A stretch of DNA of 64,000 bases from Calditrichaceae bacterium (GCA_050173015.1 JBFXLE010000004.1:200133-264132); one strand, 5' to 3'; shown: positions 19,520 to 30,156, counted from the stretch's first letter. Program-made: numbers and translations. Notes: generated by a model from the letters alone, not told the origin.

Positions 19520-20815
19520 TTATGAATTTAGCCCGGTGCCGATCACATTCTTCACTGCCCGGTTCAAACTGGTTTTTATTTTAGCCGGGGAGACTTTTTC
19601 AAATTGTATGGACTCACAAACGTTGAACCGCGCGAATTCCGCCAGCTTGTTTGCGAAAACGGCAAAAAACTTATCATACTCGTTAAAATGGGGCTCAAAA
19701 ACAAGATTTTGGATCAGAAGAGTTTTCTTCTTCCTGTCCGCTTTTGGATCCAGTCTCGCCACAAACCGTTCCCCGAAGAGAATGGGTAATGTGAAATAAC
19801 CAAATTTTCTTTTCTTTTCGGGTAGATAGCATTCAAGGGTATAGTCAAATCCAAAAAGGCTTTTGAGTCTGTCCCGCTGAATAATCAGGTTATCAAACGG
19901 GGACAGCAGATGGATCCGCGGCGGATCTGATTGAAGATGGGCTGAATATTTTAGCGCGGCGGACTGCGCGTAGAATACACTGTTGTCGATTCCTTCAATT
20001 TTTATCGGGGTAATCTCTTTTTCTTCCAGCAAATGATTAATGGCGGTCTTCAAAACATCCTTATTCGCCACCTGAAGATCTGAGTCTCTGGATGTTTCCG
20101 GCTGAAGATATTTTTGTATTTCCCCGGCGTTGGCCACACCAAAGGCTGATAGCGCGCGTTTTACGAGAAACCGACCGAGTTCTTCTTTATCCGGCATCGT
20201 AACATTTAACGTTGACGGCAAAACCCGTTCGGTCAGATCATAAATTTTCTGAAAGTTTTTTCTTTCGGTAATCATAAGATCACCCCTCCAGAATAGCAGC
20301 TCAAGTGCGACTTTAGCGGGTTTCCAGTCCCACCAGGTTCCACCTTTTTTATCGGACGGATGAGAAAAATCCTTCGAGCTCAGCGGTCCTTCATCGCGGA
20401 TACGCTCCAGAACCGGTTGGAGCAAATGTCCGCTTTGTTGGAATTGATGTTTTGCCCATTTACTGGATGGATTTTCAAAATTTTTCATCCTGGGTAAAAA
20501 AAAGCGGTAATCGGACATGGGGAGATAAGACATGGCGTGTCCCCAGTATTCAAAAACGGCCCGGTCAGTAGTCTGGAGATCATGGAGCATATTTTCATGA
20601 TAATCTAAGGCGCGTGTCCAAAAGGTGTGATGATGAGCCCGCTTGATAATAGCGATGGTATCGATCTGAACATATCCGAGTTTATTGATGATATGAAGTA
20701 TGCCCTGCCTGCCCTCGGGGAGCGTTTCCGCTCCGTCCAGTAGTTGGGATTTCAAAATCAAATTTCTGGCTTTTTCGAGTGGGATAGAAATTGTTTCCAT
20801 GTTTACCCGGATCAT
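19520..20815 (-). CDS. ycaQ: YcaQ/AlkZ-family (HTH_42) crosslink-repair DNA glycosylase
   Basis: VQIDTI (QxD), FEYWGH, LLSPFDNL..RDR and LECY.P..KR.FGYF.LPIL motifs. Confidence 0.85.
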   Translation of the reverse strand: MIRVNMETISIPLEKARNLILKSQLLDGAETLPEGRQGILHIINKLGYVQIDTIAIIKRAHHHTFWTRALDYHENMLHDLQTTDRAVFEYWGHAMSYLPMSDYRFFLPRMKNFENPSSKWAKHQFQQSGHLLQPVLERIRDEGPLSSKDFSHPSDKKGGTWWDWKPAKVALELLFWRGDLMITERKNFQKIYDLTERVLPSTLNVTMPDKEELGRFLVKRALSAFGVANAGEIQKYLQPETSRDSDLQVANKDVLKTAINHLLEEKEITPIKIEGIDNSVFYAQSAALKYSAHLQSDPPRIHLLSPFDNLIIQRDRLKSLFGFDYTLECYLPEKKRKFGYFTLPILFGERFVARLDPKADRKKKTLLIQNLVFEPHFNEYDKFFAVFANKLAEFARFNVCESIQFEKVSPAKIKTSLNRAVKNVIGTGLNS

Positions 20816-21206
20816 TTTTGGAATTAATCATTTCAATGGATTATATCGCTCAAATATTTCGGAATGCCTGAGCAAATGATTCAATATTGCAAAATTTAAA
20901 ATAAATTTGGCAAAAAAACCAAAAAAAAGGGCGTGATTAAATGCATGAAGTTCGATGATAAAATGACAGGGATGTATGAACGGGTGTTGTTAGACAACGC
21001 ATACGAGCCGAATTAGCGAAACTGATTTTATGGGAGAAAACAGGGGATTCTGACCTGTCAAACAGAATTCATAAAAGTTGTATTCAGCAAATCAATGATA
21101 TTGTCAGAATCCCCGGACTAAAAAGTCAATAAAACGATCCACGAGTAAACACCAAAGTCCATTCGCAAATTCTTAATGACCCGTTTTTGCGGGCAAAGCA
21201 ATAATA

Positions 21207-21416
21207 TTATTCACGAAATTTAAAAGAAAGGCTGAGTTTTGTCCTGAAGGCCACGACTTTGCCTTTCTCAATTTTTACATCCTGGGCCATTACCTGAGCG
21301 ATGCGAAGATCTTCCAGGGTTTGGCCGGCGCGTTCAACCGCTTTTTTTGCGGCGTCTTCCCAGGAAACGGTGCTTGTCCCGACCACATCCACTACCTTAT
21401 AAATACTGTCTGACAT
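21207..21416 (-). CDS. Dodecin (flavin-binding)
   Basis: YKV...VGTS..SWEDA...AV..A..TL..LR and LSF motifs; GAGGAGG RBS. Confidence 0.9.
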   Translation of the reverse strand: MSDSIYKVVDVVGTSTVSWEDAAKKAVERAGQTLEDLRIAQVMAQDVKIEKGKVVAFRTKLSLSFKFRE

Positions 21417-21554
21417 AATAACCTCCTCATTTTGTTAGATGATAATTGATTTATGTTTTGCTGACCAGAGAATTCTATATTACTGTTTATCCCTTTTCAA
21501 GCAGGATCAATTTCAATTTCATCGGATATTGAGAGTATCAGGTGTAAATAATGG

Positions 21555-22088
21555 TTATTCAGACCGCGGAGTATTTCCTGTAAATTGAACCGGCAGATCG
21601 CGCCGTTCCGTCATAATCATGTGGAGAGGGGAAACACATGCATCGCACATGCCTAAAGGCTTAAGATCTCCGACGGGAACAAATAAAGTATCCGCGTAAA
21701 TATAAATATTTTCAATCGACGGACTTTCATTGCCGCATCCCGAATATTTACAATAATCGCCCCAGAATACCCCGATGACCATATTGTTAGAAAAGTCGAT
21801 GGATGGCGGCGGGGTTTTTTGACCGGTTCCGTCGAACGCGTTCCAGTAAAGATCCCAAAACCCGATCCAATCGTTGCTGTCCTTAAAAACACGGATACCG
21901 GGGTCTTTTACAAAAAATGTTCCGTACCCCTCAACATCCTGAAAACTAACCTGAATGGTATCTTCCGTACTTATAAGGCGAATAGGTGGTTTTTCATTTT
22001 CTGCTTCAGATTCGTCGGTAATCTGTGTGCATGTGATTATGAGCGAGAGGGGTAGGATCACAGAAAGTATATAAACAACTACTTTCAT
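21555..22088 (-). CDS. Secreted/lipoprotein with a PrcB C-terminal-like domain
   Basis: Signal peptide; PPP.IDFS..MVI.VFWG motif; paired Cys. Confidence 0.55.
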   Translation of the reverse strand: MKVVVYILSVILPLSLIITCTQITDESEAENEKPPIRLISTEDTIQVSFQDVEGYGTFFVKDPGIRVFKDSNDWIGFWDLYWNAFDGTGQKTPPPSIDFSNNMVIGVFWGDYCKYSGCGNESPSIENIYIYADTLFVPVGDLKPLGMCDACVSPLHMIMTERRDLPVQFTGNTPRSE

Positions 22089-22214
22089 CTGGTTACTCCT
22101 AACTGTGTGTTTAGGAAATCATGCTGCTATACTTTACAAAAATATTTATCGGATAAACAAGAGATAAAAATTATTTTTGCGAATGAGGGGATTTTAAAGA
22201 TGATGCTATAAGAT

Positions 22215-22253
22215 GGGTTAAGGGTTAAGAGTTAAGGGTATAAGAGTTAAGAG
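22215..22253. repeat. Heptamer repeat (GRGTTAA)n
   Basis: gggttaa gggttaa gagttaa gggtataa gagttaa gag. Confidence 0.7.
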
Positions 22254-22350
22254 AAAACCACGAAATGAAGTGAGTTGTTATAAGCGATTCGAACTTTACC
22301 GGGGCAGGCTCTATGATTGGAAGCCAATGTTAATCAAGTTGATATAAACT

Positions 22351-22385
22351 AAAATCCCCCGGCGGTTCAGGGACCACCGGGGGAA
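22351..22385 (-). terminator. Rho-independent terminator after the DUF6448 gene
   Basis: Minus-strand stem TCCCCCGGTGG / CCGCCGGGGGA followed by a U-tract. Confidence 0.75.
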
Positions 22386-22412
22386 GTTATGTGATAACCG
22401 CGGCGCGGTTGA

Positions 22413-23042
22413 TTAGTGTTGATGAGCGCCTGCTCCGCCTTCAGAATGACCGGCTTCAGCGTGGCCGTGGCCGGCTGCTTTTGTCGCGGTCTCATAGATC
22501 GGTTCTACGTAGTGTAAGTATTCGACGTACGCTTTTACAAAATCGCGTCCGGCTTTAACATCGTTTTTATCATAATTCTTTTTTTCCTGAACTTCCATAA
22601 ATCTGGTGTGCAAGCCGCCGTGGACCGCGTCATTTAGCATCTGAAGTACTTCTTTTGCTGAACCGGATTCAATGGATTTGTCAGCCGCGGGAATTGCGGG
22701 GCCAAGGTCACGGCCCGCGGGTTTAATTCCTGTATAGGGAGCGCCTTCACCGGCGCGATGGACGCGTACTAATGTTTCAAAAAAGTACATATCGGCAAGT
22801 TCTTTGGCTTCCGCGCCAAGTTTGCGAACTTTAATCGTGTGATCAAAAGCGGCTTTTATGTTCGCTTCATCATCCGGCTGAACCCAGATAAGAATAAGAT
22901 TGACATTGTTGGTGTCAAGGGCTTTTATCGCGGCTGTAACAACGGGGCCGTCAAGACCGTCACAATGGGCCGAAGCGGTGTCCGGTTTAAAAAGAACGAC
23001 TGCTAACATTAAAGCGAAAATTGAAAATAAATAACGTCTCAT
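22413..23042 (-). CDS. DUF6448-family exported protein with His-rich tail
   Basis: ASA|HCDGLDGPVV, FFETLVRVHRAGEGAPYTG.KPAG and AYVEY.HYVE motifs. Confidence 0.85.
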   Translation of the reverse strand: MRRYLFSIFALMLAVVLFKPDTASAHCDGLDGPVVTAAIKALDTNNVNLILIWVQPDDEANIKAAFDHTIKVRKLGAEAKELADMYFFETLVRVHRAGEGAPYTGIKPAGRDLGPAIPAADKSIESGSAKEVLQMLNDAVHGGLHTRFMEVQEKKNYDKNDVKAGRDFVKAYVEYLHYVEPIYETATKAAGHGHAEAGHSEGGAGAHQH

Positions 23043-23083
23043 GATTCTCTCCTTTATGGGTTTGGTTTGTAACTTTCACTACC

Positions 23084-23134
23084 AATATAAATACTACATG
23101 TTGGTAGTTAAATGATATAGATTAATTAACTGCA
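23084..23134 (-). promoter_or_regulatory. Class II Crp/Fnr-type promoter for the DUF6448 gene
   Basis: TTAAT-N4-ATCAT box, then exactly 22 nt, then TATATT. Confidence 0.7.
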
Positions 23135-23143
23135 TTATTTTAT

Positions 23144-25051
23144 TTATTTAATTCGTAATAATCGCATTCCGTTAAATATGACGATCATAACCGATGCTTC
23201 ATGAATCAGCATTCCTCCGGCCATGTGGACTTCGCCGAGGAGGACACCGGCCAACAGCGCGGAAACAGTAGCAAGCGCCACAAATACATTCTGGCGGATA
23301 TTCTTTAATGTCGCTTTAGAGATACGGATCGCTTCCGGTATTTTCATCAGGTCATCGGACATCAGCGCGATATCCGCCGTTTCAATGGCGATATCTGTGC
23401 CGGCGGCGCCCATGGCGATACCAATATCCGCGGCGGCAAGCGCCGGAGCGTCATTGATACCGTCTCCAACCATCGCGACGACCAGTTTTCTGGATTTTAA
23501 CTCATGGATGGCCGCCAGTTTGTCCTCCGGCAGTAATTCCGCCCGGATATTTGTAATTCCGGTTTCCCTGCCGACAACTCGCGCTGTTTTTTCGTCATCG
23601 CCCGTAAGCATGACAATTTCCTTTAAATCCATACTTTTTAATTTATTGATCATAGAGGAAGAGGATTCTCTTATGGTGTCCGCGATGCCGAGAATTCCCA
23701 TTGCGAATTTATCAACAGATACTATCACCGCCGTTTTACCCGATGATTTTAATTGATCAAGATGAAATCCGGTTTCATCCGGAACCAGTACATCAAGTTC
23801 TCTCATTAATTCAAAATTTCCAATACTGATTAACCGGTTCCCAAAAAGGGCAGTGATGCCTTTGCCGGGATAATTATTAAACTCCCTTGCATAGGGAATG
23901 TCTCCCAGATATTGTATTTGATCCATTATGGATCTCGCGAGAGGGTGTTCTGAGCCTGCTTCGGCAATGGCAGCCCATCTCAGCAATTCTAATTGTTCCT
24001 TTGTCCAGGGTGTATTAGTATCTTCGTCGATGCTGACAAAATCACCCGCCGGGATAAGAGCGTGTTCCAGAACAACGATATCTGTCAGACGCGGTTTTCC
24101 ATAAGTTAGAGTTCCCGTTTTGTCCATTGCAATCGCGGATATTTTGCCGGCATTTTCAAGGTGTTCCCCTCCTTTTATCAGGATACCGCTCTTCGCGGCG
24201 CGCCCAATTCCAGCCACAATAGAAACCGGTGTTGATATCACAAGCGCGCCGGGACATCCGATGACGAGAAGCGTAAGCGACAGTTCAATATCCCATGTAA
24301 TCAAAAAGACAACCACACTCAATCCGATGATAAACGGGGTATACCATTTCGCGAATTTTTCGATAAATCTCTGTGTGGGCGCTTTTTCTTCCTGTGCTTC
24401 TTCGACTCTTCGAATGATACGGGCCAGGGTTGTATCCGCTCCGATACCGGTTGCCCGTACTCTTATCAGTCCATCCTGGTTCACCGTACCCGCGAAAACT
24501 AATGAATCCAACGATTTTTCCTCCGGCATCGGTTCACCGGTGATCGAGCTTTCATCAACAGATGAGCGTCCGTCAATGACTTTGCCGTCAACAGGTATTT
24601 TGGTACCGGGTTTAATAATAACGGTCTCATAGGGCAAAACTTCGCGCGGCATAACCTCCTGCTGCCGTCCGTCACGAATCACAATAGCGGTTGTTGGTGT
24701 CAGATCCAATAATCCTTTCAGAACATTCCGGGTTCTGCTAAGTGTGCGCGCCTCAAGATAAGCGCCGAAAATGAACAGGAAAGTTACCGCGGCGGATTCC
24801 CAGTATTCACCAATAAATAAGGCTCCTGTCGCCGCGATGGTAACAAGCAGTTCGATACTGATGTATTTATTCATCAGATTCTTCCAGGCTCGAACGGCAA
24901 TATCCGAACCCGCCACAATGGCCGCGCCGATCATTAATAAATTTTCAATATTCTGAGCGCCAAACTGTCCGGCGGTAAAAGCCGCTAATATCAACGACGC
25001 GCTGCTGATCGTCAGTACTTGTTTGCGTTGTTGCAGATTTAATTTTTTCAT
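23144..25051 (-). CDS. Heavy-metal translocating P1B-type ATPase (CPG / HEAS type, no N-terminal metal-binding domain)
   Basis: TGE, GCPGAL, DKTGTLT, SEHPL and GDGINDAP motifs. Confidence 0.95.
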   Translation of the reverse strand: MKKLNLQQRKQVLTISSASLILAAFTAGQFGAQNIENLLMIGAAIVAGSDIAVRAWKNLMNKYISIELLVTIAATGALFIGEYWESAAVTFLFIFGAYLEARTLSRTRNVLKGLLDLTPTTAIVIRDGRQQEVMPREVLPYETVIIKPGTKIPVDGKVIDGRSSVDESSITGEPMPEEKSLDSLVFAGTVNQDGLIRVRATGIGADTTLARIIRRVEEAQEEKAPTQRFIEKFAKWYTPFIIGLSVVVFLITWDIELSLTLLVIGCPGALVISTPVSIVAGIGRAAKSGILIKGGEHLENAGKISAIAMDKTGTLTYGKPRLTDIVVLEHALIPAGDFVSIDEDTNTPWTKEQLELLRWAAIAEAGSEHPLARSIMDQIQYLGDIPYAREFNNYPGKGITALFGNRLISIGNFELMRELDVLVPDETGFHLDQLKSSGKTAVIVSVDKFAMGILGIADTIRESSSSMINKLKSMDLKEIVMLTGDDEKTARVVGRETGITNIRAELLPEDKLAAIHELKSRKLVVAMVGDGINDAPALAAADIGIAMGAAGTDIAIETADIALMSDDLMKIPEAIRISKATLKNIRQNVFVALATVSALLAGVLLGEVHMAGGMLIHEASVMIVIFNGMRLLRIK

Positions 25052-25154
25052 TGTTATCTCCGTTAGTTATAACCCGGAAGTTAGACCGACTCCCAATTCG
25101 GAACTTGAATACGAAGCCGGCCTATATTCCGGAAGATGCATATGACCGCCTGTT

Positions 25155-25370
25155 TTAGAATGCGGACACTTTGGATTCATACCCGATTTCACGAACTTTT
25201 TTTACAAAATCTTCGCTTTTGGCGGTTTCGGGATTGTGCTCGATTTCAATGCGTCCCGTGTTGAAAAATACTTTCGCCTTTTCGACACCCTCAATGGCCG
25301 ATAATCCTTTTTCAATTTTGACAATACATGAAGGGCAGGAAAGATCGTCACTTCTCAATATGGTTTTCAT
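25155..25370 (-). CDS. Heavy-metal-associated (HMA) domain chaperone
   Basis: LSCPSC motif; 71 aa. Confidence 0.9.
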   Translation of the reverse strand: MKTILRSDDLSCPSCIVKIEKGLSAIEGVEKAKVFFNTGRIEIEHNPETAKSEDFVKKVREIGYESKVSAF

Positions 25371-25413
25371 TTGGTACTCCTTGATTTATTTGATTGTTTT
25401 TAAACTCGGTATC

Positions 25414-25464
25414 ATAATAAGGAATCGGATTCTGCAACTAAATGATCTGGCTTAATTAACTGCA
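25414..25464 (-). promoter_or_regulatory. Class II Crp/Fnr-type promoter for HMA-ATPase
   Basis: TTAAG-N4-ATCAT box, then exactly 22 nt, then TATTAT. Confidence 0.7.
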
Positions 25465-25622
25465 GGAGATGAAATTTTTTGATGAAATCGCAAAGAAATC
25501 CCGGTGAGATGTGAGTAATGCTAAGAATGGAGCAGGCGGAAGGTATAATAAAATAATCCGGTTTTCTTGTATTCCGGATTAAAAACAATATTTTATTTTA
25601 CGTATTGATGGGGGATAAAAAA

Positions 25623-26375
25623 TCAATCGACTTCGGCAATGGCCGATAGTTTTTTAATATCGGTGATCGCTACCCACTGCCTGCCGGTTTTAATAAGCCC
25701 GTCTTTTTGAAAGTGACTCATTATTCTGCTGGCGGTTTCGGTTGTAGTGCCGGTCATTTCCGCCAAATCATACCGGGAGAGAGGAATCTGGATAAGCAGG
25801 CCGATATCCTTTTGTTCTCCCAGCTTATCACTGAGTTTGAGCAGGGTGTAGGCGATTCTTCTTTCAACAGAATGCGTACTGAGCTGCCGCATCATTTCAT
25901 GCGCGCCGCGCAGTCTCTCGGCGGTGATATCAAGAACGCTGAGAGCGGCAGTCGGATAATTGTTAAGAATTGTGCGAAAATCTTCAGCGTTTATTGTCAT
26001 GATACAGGAGACGGTCTGCGCTTCGGATGTTTCGGAATAAACATTGTCGCCAAGAGCCGAAAGACTTCCAAAAAATTCGCCCGGTTTTAAAATATCGATG
26101 AGCACATTCTGACCGATAGCGCTGTGCCGCAGAAGTTTTACGCTGCCGGAAGCCACTACACAAAGACGTGTCGCGGTATCGCCCGTAAAATAAATGGTGT
26201 CGCCGGGAGCATAATGATAATCCCTGAACAGTTTATTGATTTCATGAATATTTTCATGGGTGAGATTCTTGAAAAACGGGAGATTATGAAGGATTTCCAG
26301 ACGTAAATCGATTGTACAACTATGCGCGTCCACTTCATCATGATCAATAGGAGATTTTCTTCGTTCACTCATCAT
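25623..26375 (-). CDS. Crp/Fnr family transcriptional regulator (Flp-like)
   Basis: cNMP-like domain (G.VKL...PGEFFG); HTH LSR.DLAEMTGTT.ETASR. Confidence 0.9.
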   Translation of the reverse strand: MMSERRKSPIDHDEVDAHSCTIDLRLEILHNLPFFKNLTHENIHEINKLFRDYHYAPGDTIYFTGDTATRLCVVASGSVKLLRHSAIGQNVLIDILKPGEFFGSLSALGDNVYSETSEAQTVSCIMTINAEDFRTILNNYPTAALSVLDITAERLRGAHEMMRQLSTHSVERRIAYTLLKLSDKLGEQKDIGLLIQIPLSRYDLAEMTGTTTETASRIMSHFQKDGLIKTGRQWVAITDIKKLSAIAEVD

Positions 26376-26582
26376 TTGCCTCATAAATAGATGGGTCAAT
26401 TTTTAGCTCATAACAAACGCGTTAAGCTTTACTTTGTTTCACATAGTCATTAAAATTCCACCGAAACCGATTGGTCTGTTTATGAATCGGATTTTTGGAA
26501 TGAGAAAAGATACTGAATCAGATCTTGATGATCAATGGTTAAAATGGTAATCATTCCTTTTCGCGCTACTATATGGTCTTGG

Positions 26583-27230
26583 TTACTGACTTAATTGCCA
26601 CAAAAGGATGTTTCGATAAATACTTTTAACATAAGTTGTGGGCATGCTTTTTGACCGGGCGAATAGTTCAATCATTTTTTCATCAATGTCATCCAGGGAA
26701 GAGATCGATGATATATGATAATTCATCAGATCATTAAAAATCTGTTTTTCCTCCGGCAACGGTTCGGGAGGTATGGGTGTGGTCTCCCATGAATAAAGAC
26801 GGACGGTTAATCTTCCATTTTTTTTGTAGTGGCTGATTAAAAAAGGTTTGTCATGGATAGAATAAAAGTATGGATATACCCGTACTTCTTCTTTGGCTTT
26901 CTCGGCCTCGGTCGGACATAAACCATAGTAAATGATCAGCTGGATCAGGACCTGATCAAGTTCATAGGTTTGAGGGATTCTAATTATTGTTATATTTCTA
27001 CCGTTCTTCGATTCAGATCTCACAATTGAAAAACGAATATCTGACATCCTGAAATGATTTTTTATTGAGTCAATTAAATTCGGTTTAATATCACGGGAGG
27101 AATCGTTGACAATAATTTGCATATGATCAGATAAAGTAAGCGCCGGCATCTCCTGCGCCCGGCCGGGAATTAGCAATATTAGTGTAAAATATATTATAAA
27201 ATAACAATGTTTCAATCTGCCATCCCTCAT
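26583..27230 (-). CDS. Hypothetical exported protein
   Basis: Signal-like N-terminus; no family recognised. Confidence 0.55.
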   Translation of the reverse strand: MRDGRLKHCYFIIYFTLILLIPGRAQEMPALTLSDHMQIIVNDSSRDIKPNLIDSIKNHFRMSDIRFSIVRSESKNGRNITIIRIPQTYELDQVLIQLIIYYGLCPTEAEKAKEEVRVYPYFYSIHDKPFLISHYKKNGRLTVRLYSWETTPIPPEPLPEEKQIFNDLMNYHISSISSLDDIDEKMIELFARSKSMPTTYVKSIYRNILLWQLSQ

Positions 27231-27481
27231 ATGAAGATCATCTTATAATATTCAGCTCTGATAATCACTGAAATCAAAATCATCTCACCAACGATGACTA
27301 AAAACCGTCACCACTCAGATAGTTTCGCTTATAAAATCAAATTTGGTTCTGAACAGACCTAATCTCCCGGTGACGGTCTGAATATTTTCGCCATATCAGT
27401 TTAACGAGCAATCAGATCAAAATATTCATCACCGGAACCAATCCTATTTTCAGTTGCTGATCTGCCTGAGACAGGTGTCGT

Positions 27482-27859
27482 TTAATTTTGATTGATAAGA
27501 TCGATCAGTGATGGAAGATTAAAGCCGAGCGCCATCAATCCTATCAGCATGCCGCCAAAAATAATGATGATCAATATCCCCTGCACGACAAAATATAAGC
27601 GCAGCTTATCCAGCATTATCATCAGTTCCAGGGGATTGTTCCTCAGTTGCGCGTCACTCGCGCGTGATCCCGCCTGCCACAACAAAACACCAAGCCAGAT
27701 AGGCAGCCAGGCGATCAGGATACCAATGATGGACAAGGCGGAAATAATGCCGCCGATGATCGTTACAATACCGACAAATTTTAACCAGCCTGACATATTC
27801 AGGGCGGAGATTTTTAGATCATTCAATAATTTTGTCTGATCCTGCGCGGATATTTCCAT
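27482..27859 (-). CDS. DUF5362-like membrane protein
   Basis: GWLKFVGI..II.G...IIGILIAWLPIWLG.LL.Q and L..YF..QGI motifs. Confidence 0.7.
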   Translation of the reverse strand: MEISAQDQTKLLNDLKISALNMSGWLKFVGIVTIIGGIISALSIIGILIAWLPIWLGVLLWQAGSRASDAQLRNNPLELMIMLDKLRLYFVVQGILIIIIFGGMLIGLMALGFNLPSLIDLINQN

Positions 27860-27994
27860 GATTTGTACCTCATTCATGAGTTTTGATTGATTTTTTATTC
27901 GGGGATAGCTTGAATATAAATATAGATAATGAGTAAGGGAGATCAAATGCAATAAATAAAGAAAAAAATTTCGCGGGATTATTTCGTTAAATGT

Positions 27995-29158
27995 TTATTC
28001 TTTACGAATGGACTCAAATTCTATAAGTGAAAGAGGCTTGCTGATGTTAAATTCAGGATGCCTCTCAAACAGAGCGTGTTTGGTTTCAGTTACCGTATAA
28101 CCGGAAGCGAATGAGTTAAGAATGGCGTGTCTGACTCTTCTGAACTGAAGAAAAATATAACTTATGGGAAGCCAGCGGTAAAAGACATCGGCCAGGCGTC
28201 GGCTGTTAAAGAGATCTCTTCTCATATCTTTTATGGCATCGCGGAAAAGATGATTTGCATTTTCACCATCACGACGAGCGGAAATAATGGCTTTTGCGGC
28301 CAGCTGACCGGAATGAACGGCATTATGAATTCCTTCTCCCCAGATACATTCGGCAAAACCCGCGGCGTCGCCCACCAAAAATATTCTCGCGGATTTCGGT
28401 TCATAGTGGTCTCCGCCGGTGCCAATAGGATAACCGGTGATTCTATCAATTTGATCTGTGCCCAGCCTTTTTTGTACATATTTTCTGAGTCTGGATTTAT
28501 TGATCTCATCTTCTTCCGGTTTACGGGTGTAAATTCCGACATTGATGTGATTATCTTTGGGGAATAACCAGCCGTAACCGTTTTTCACGACTCCATAGTC
28601 AAATGTGAGTTCAGGAATTGATTTGCATCTCGATAAAGGAACGATACCTTCCAGGGCGAGTGCGCTCGTATCAGGTACAAACTCTCCTGTTATCGTACGG
28701 ACACGGCTGCGCGCGCCGTCAGCGCCGATGAGATAACGGCATTGAAGCTCTTCCTGTCCATCAATATCTAAAGAGACTAAATCACTTTTTTCAACAATTC
28801 CTAAAATTTGATCTATTTGCAGAAATTTTACACCCTTCGCGAGAGTCCGTTCAAAGCAGTATTGATCCAGTTCTTCGCGCACAGTTGTGACCAGAATAGG
28901 ATACTCGCCCCTGAGGTGAGACTGACTCAACGTGCCATACCCCACGACTTTGGAAGAAACTGCCGTCTTAATTACCGGAGCGATGGAAAAACGAAACCGG
29001 TTTAATGTTTTGATGGTCAATGCACCGCCGCATGCTTTGAATCGGGGAAAAGTCCGTTTGTCGATGAGAAGGACATCCAGGCCGGCATCCGCCATGTCAT
29101 ATGCTGCGGAAGAACCCGCGGGGCCTCCGCCGACAACGATGGCATCATATATATGCAA
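27995..29158 (-). CDS. Geranylgeranyl reductase family FAD-dependent oxidoreductase
   Basis: GGGPAGS, FPR.K.CGG, GADG..S.V, GYGWLFPK and GDAAG....GEGI motifs. Confidence 0.9.
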   Translation of the reverse strand: MHIYDAIVVGGGPAGSSAAYDMADAGLDVLLIDKRTFPRFKACGGALTIKTLNRFRFSIAPVIKTAVSSKVVGYGTLSQSHLRGEYPILVTTVREELDQYCFERTLAKGVKFLQIDQILGIVEKSDLVSLDIDGQEELQCRYLIGADGARSRVRTITGEFVPDTSALALEGIVPLSRCKSIPELTFDYGVVKNGYGWLFPKDNHINVGIYTRKPEEDEINKSRLRKYVQKRLGTDQIDRITGYPIGTGGDHYEPKSARIFLVGDAAGFAECIWGEGIHNAVHSGQLAAKAIISARRDGENANHLFRDAIKDMRRDLFNSRRLADVFYRWLPISYIFLQFRRVRHAILNSFASGYTVTETKHALFERHPEFNISKPLSLIEFESIRKE

Positions 29159-29283
29159 TTTCTAATCTCTCCAATGAATTTATCATGATGTATGATTGTA
29201 ATATAAGCCGTCTGAATTATTCTATCAATTCAATCCGGAAGAAAGTATCTAATTTGTTATTAAAATCGGGATTGACTGTCCGT

Positions 29284-30156
29284 CTAATTTCCCGATATCG
29301 CTTCGAAAAGTTTTTGCAGATCAGATTTAAGCGAAGGATCGGCGGAGATTAAATAATCGATATACCAGGATCCGCCTGTGTAAAATACGATTCTGTTAAA
29401 CGGCGGCTCATTGCCATAATTATTGGAGGGGATTTCCAATTTTGCCAGTATCTTGTTTTCTACATATCTCGCGAAACCCTCCTTCCATTCCTGCCAGCAC
29501 ATGTATTCAAAATCGAGCGGATTTAAATGTTCTTTCAGCATTCTTCGGTCCATTATTATTTTTGTATTGTCCCGTTCTTTAAGATGCTCAAGAAAATCCC
29601 CGTAAATTTTAGTGAAAACCGGATCATCATAAGGGAATGAATGGTTCAGTTCCCACATAAAATTTTTATTACGCATGGCGTTTTGATAAATCAGCAATTC
29701 CTGCTTAATTTTTTGTTCGGATGTATTCATTTGTTTGCAATGTATAAATTCATGAAAAATAGTCGCGTATCCCTGCGGAGAAGCAAACACGGCGCCGTCT
29801 GTCACACAAGCGGGGCGGTTTTCATAAAAATCAAGCGGAAATGAGGCGCGGATTTCTTTTGAGATTGACCACGCGACAGGCGCGTCTTTCTTAAAAACAT
29901 ATCTTGTTCCCGAAGAGTCAAGATCAAATACATAAAACCGGTCGTTTTCAACGATGGCGACGGGATAGAGTTCAGCAAGAAACGGATGCGCGTCTTTGAT
30001 GGTATCCCGCATTTCAAAAATTTTCTGAAGACTTTCATGATATTTTCGCGCCACAGAATCGGCTTCAATCCCGGATGTAAAAACGAAACCGGGGATAGAG
30101 AGAAAAAGAATCAGGATGGAAAGATTGATTTTTAAAAATCCGGCATATTTCTTCAT
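29284..30156 (-). CDS. Exported hypothetical protein with HEXXH (gluzincin-like) motif
   Basis: Signal peptide; FHEFIH and downstream EGFARYVE. Confidence 0.6.
   Translation of the reverse strand: MKKYAGFLKINLSILILFLSIPGFVFTSGIEADSVARKYHESLQKIFEMRDTIKDAHPFLAELYPVAIVENDRFYVFDLDSSGTRYVFKKDAPVAWSISKEIRASFPLDFYENRPACVTDGAVFASPQGYATIFHEFIHCKQMNTSEQKIKQELLIYQNAMRNKNFMWELNHSFPYDDPVFTKIYGDFLEHLKERDNTKIIMDRRMLKEHLNPLDFEYMCWQEWKEGFARYVENKILAKLEIPSNNYGNEPPFNRIVFYTGGSWYIDYLISADPSLKSDLQKLFEAISGN

Noticed and set aside
23223-24632. Long antisense ORFs opposite the P1B ATPase (and similar shadows elsewhere)
   Set aside because: These are antisense shadows of well-conserved genes, with no RBS or family motifs.
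27995-29158. Geranylgeranyl reductase as part of the carotenoid system
   Set aside because: It lies 8 kb away among unrelated genes, and the family has broad substrates.
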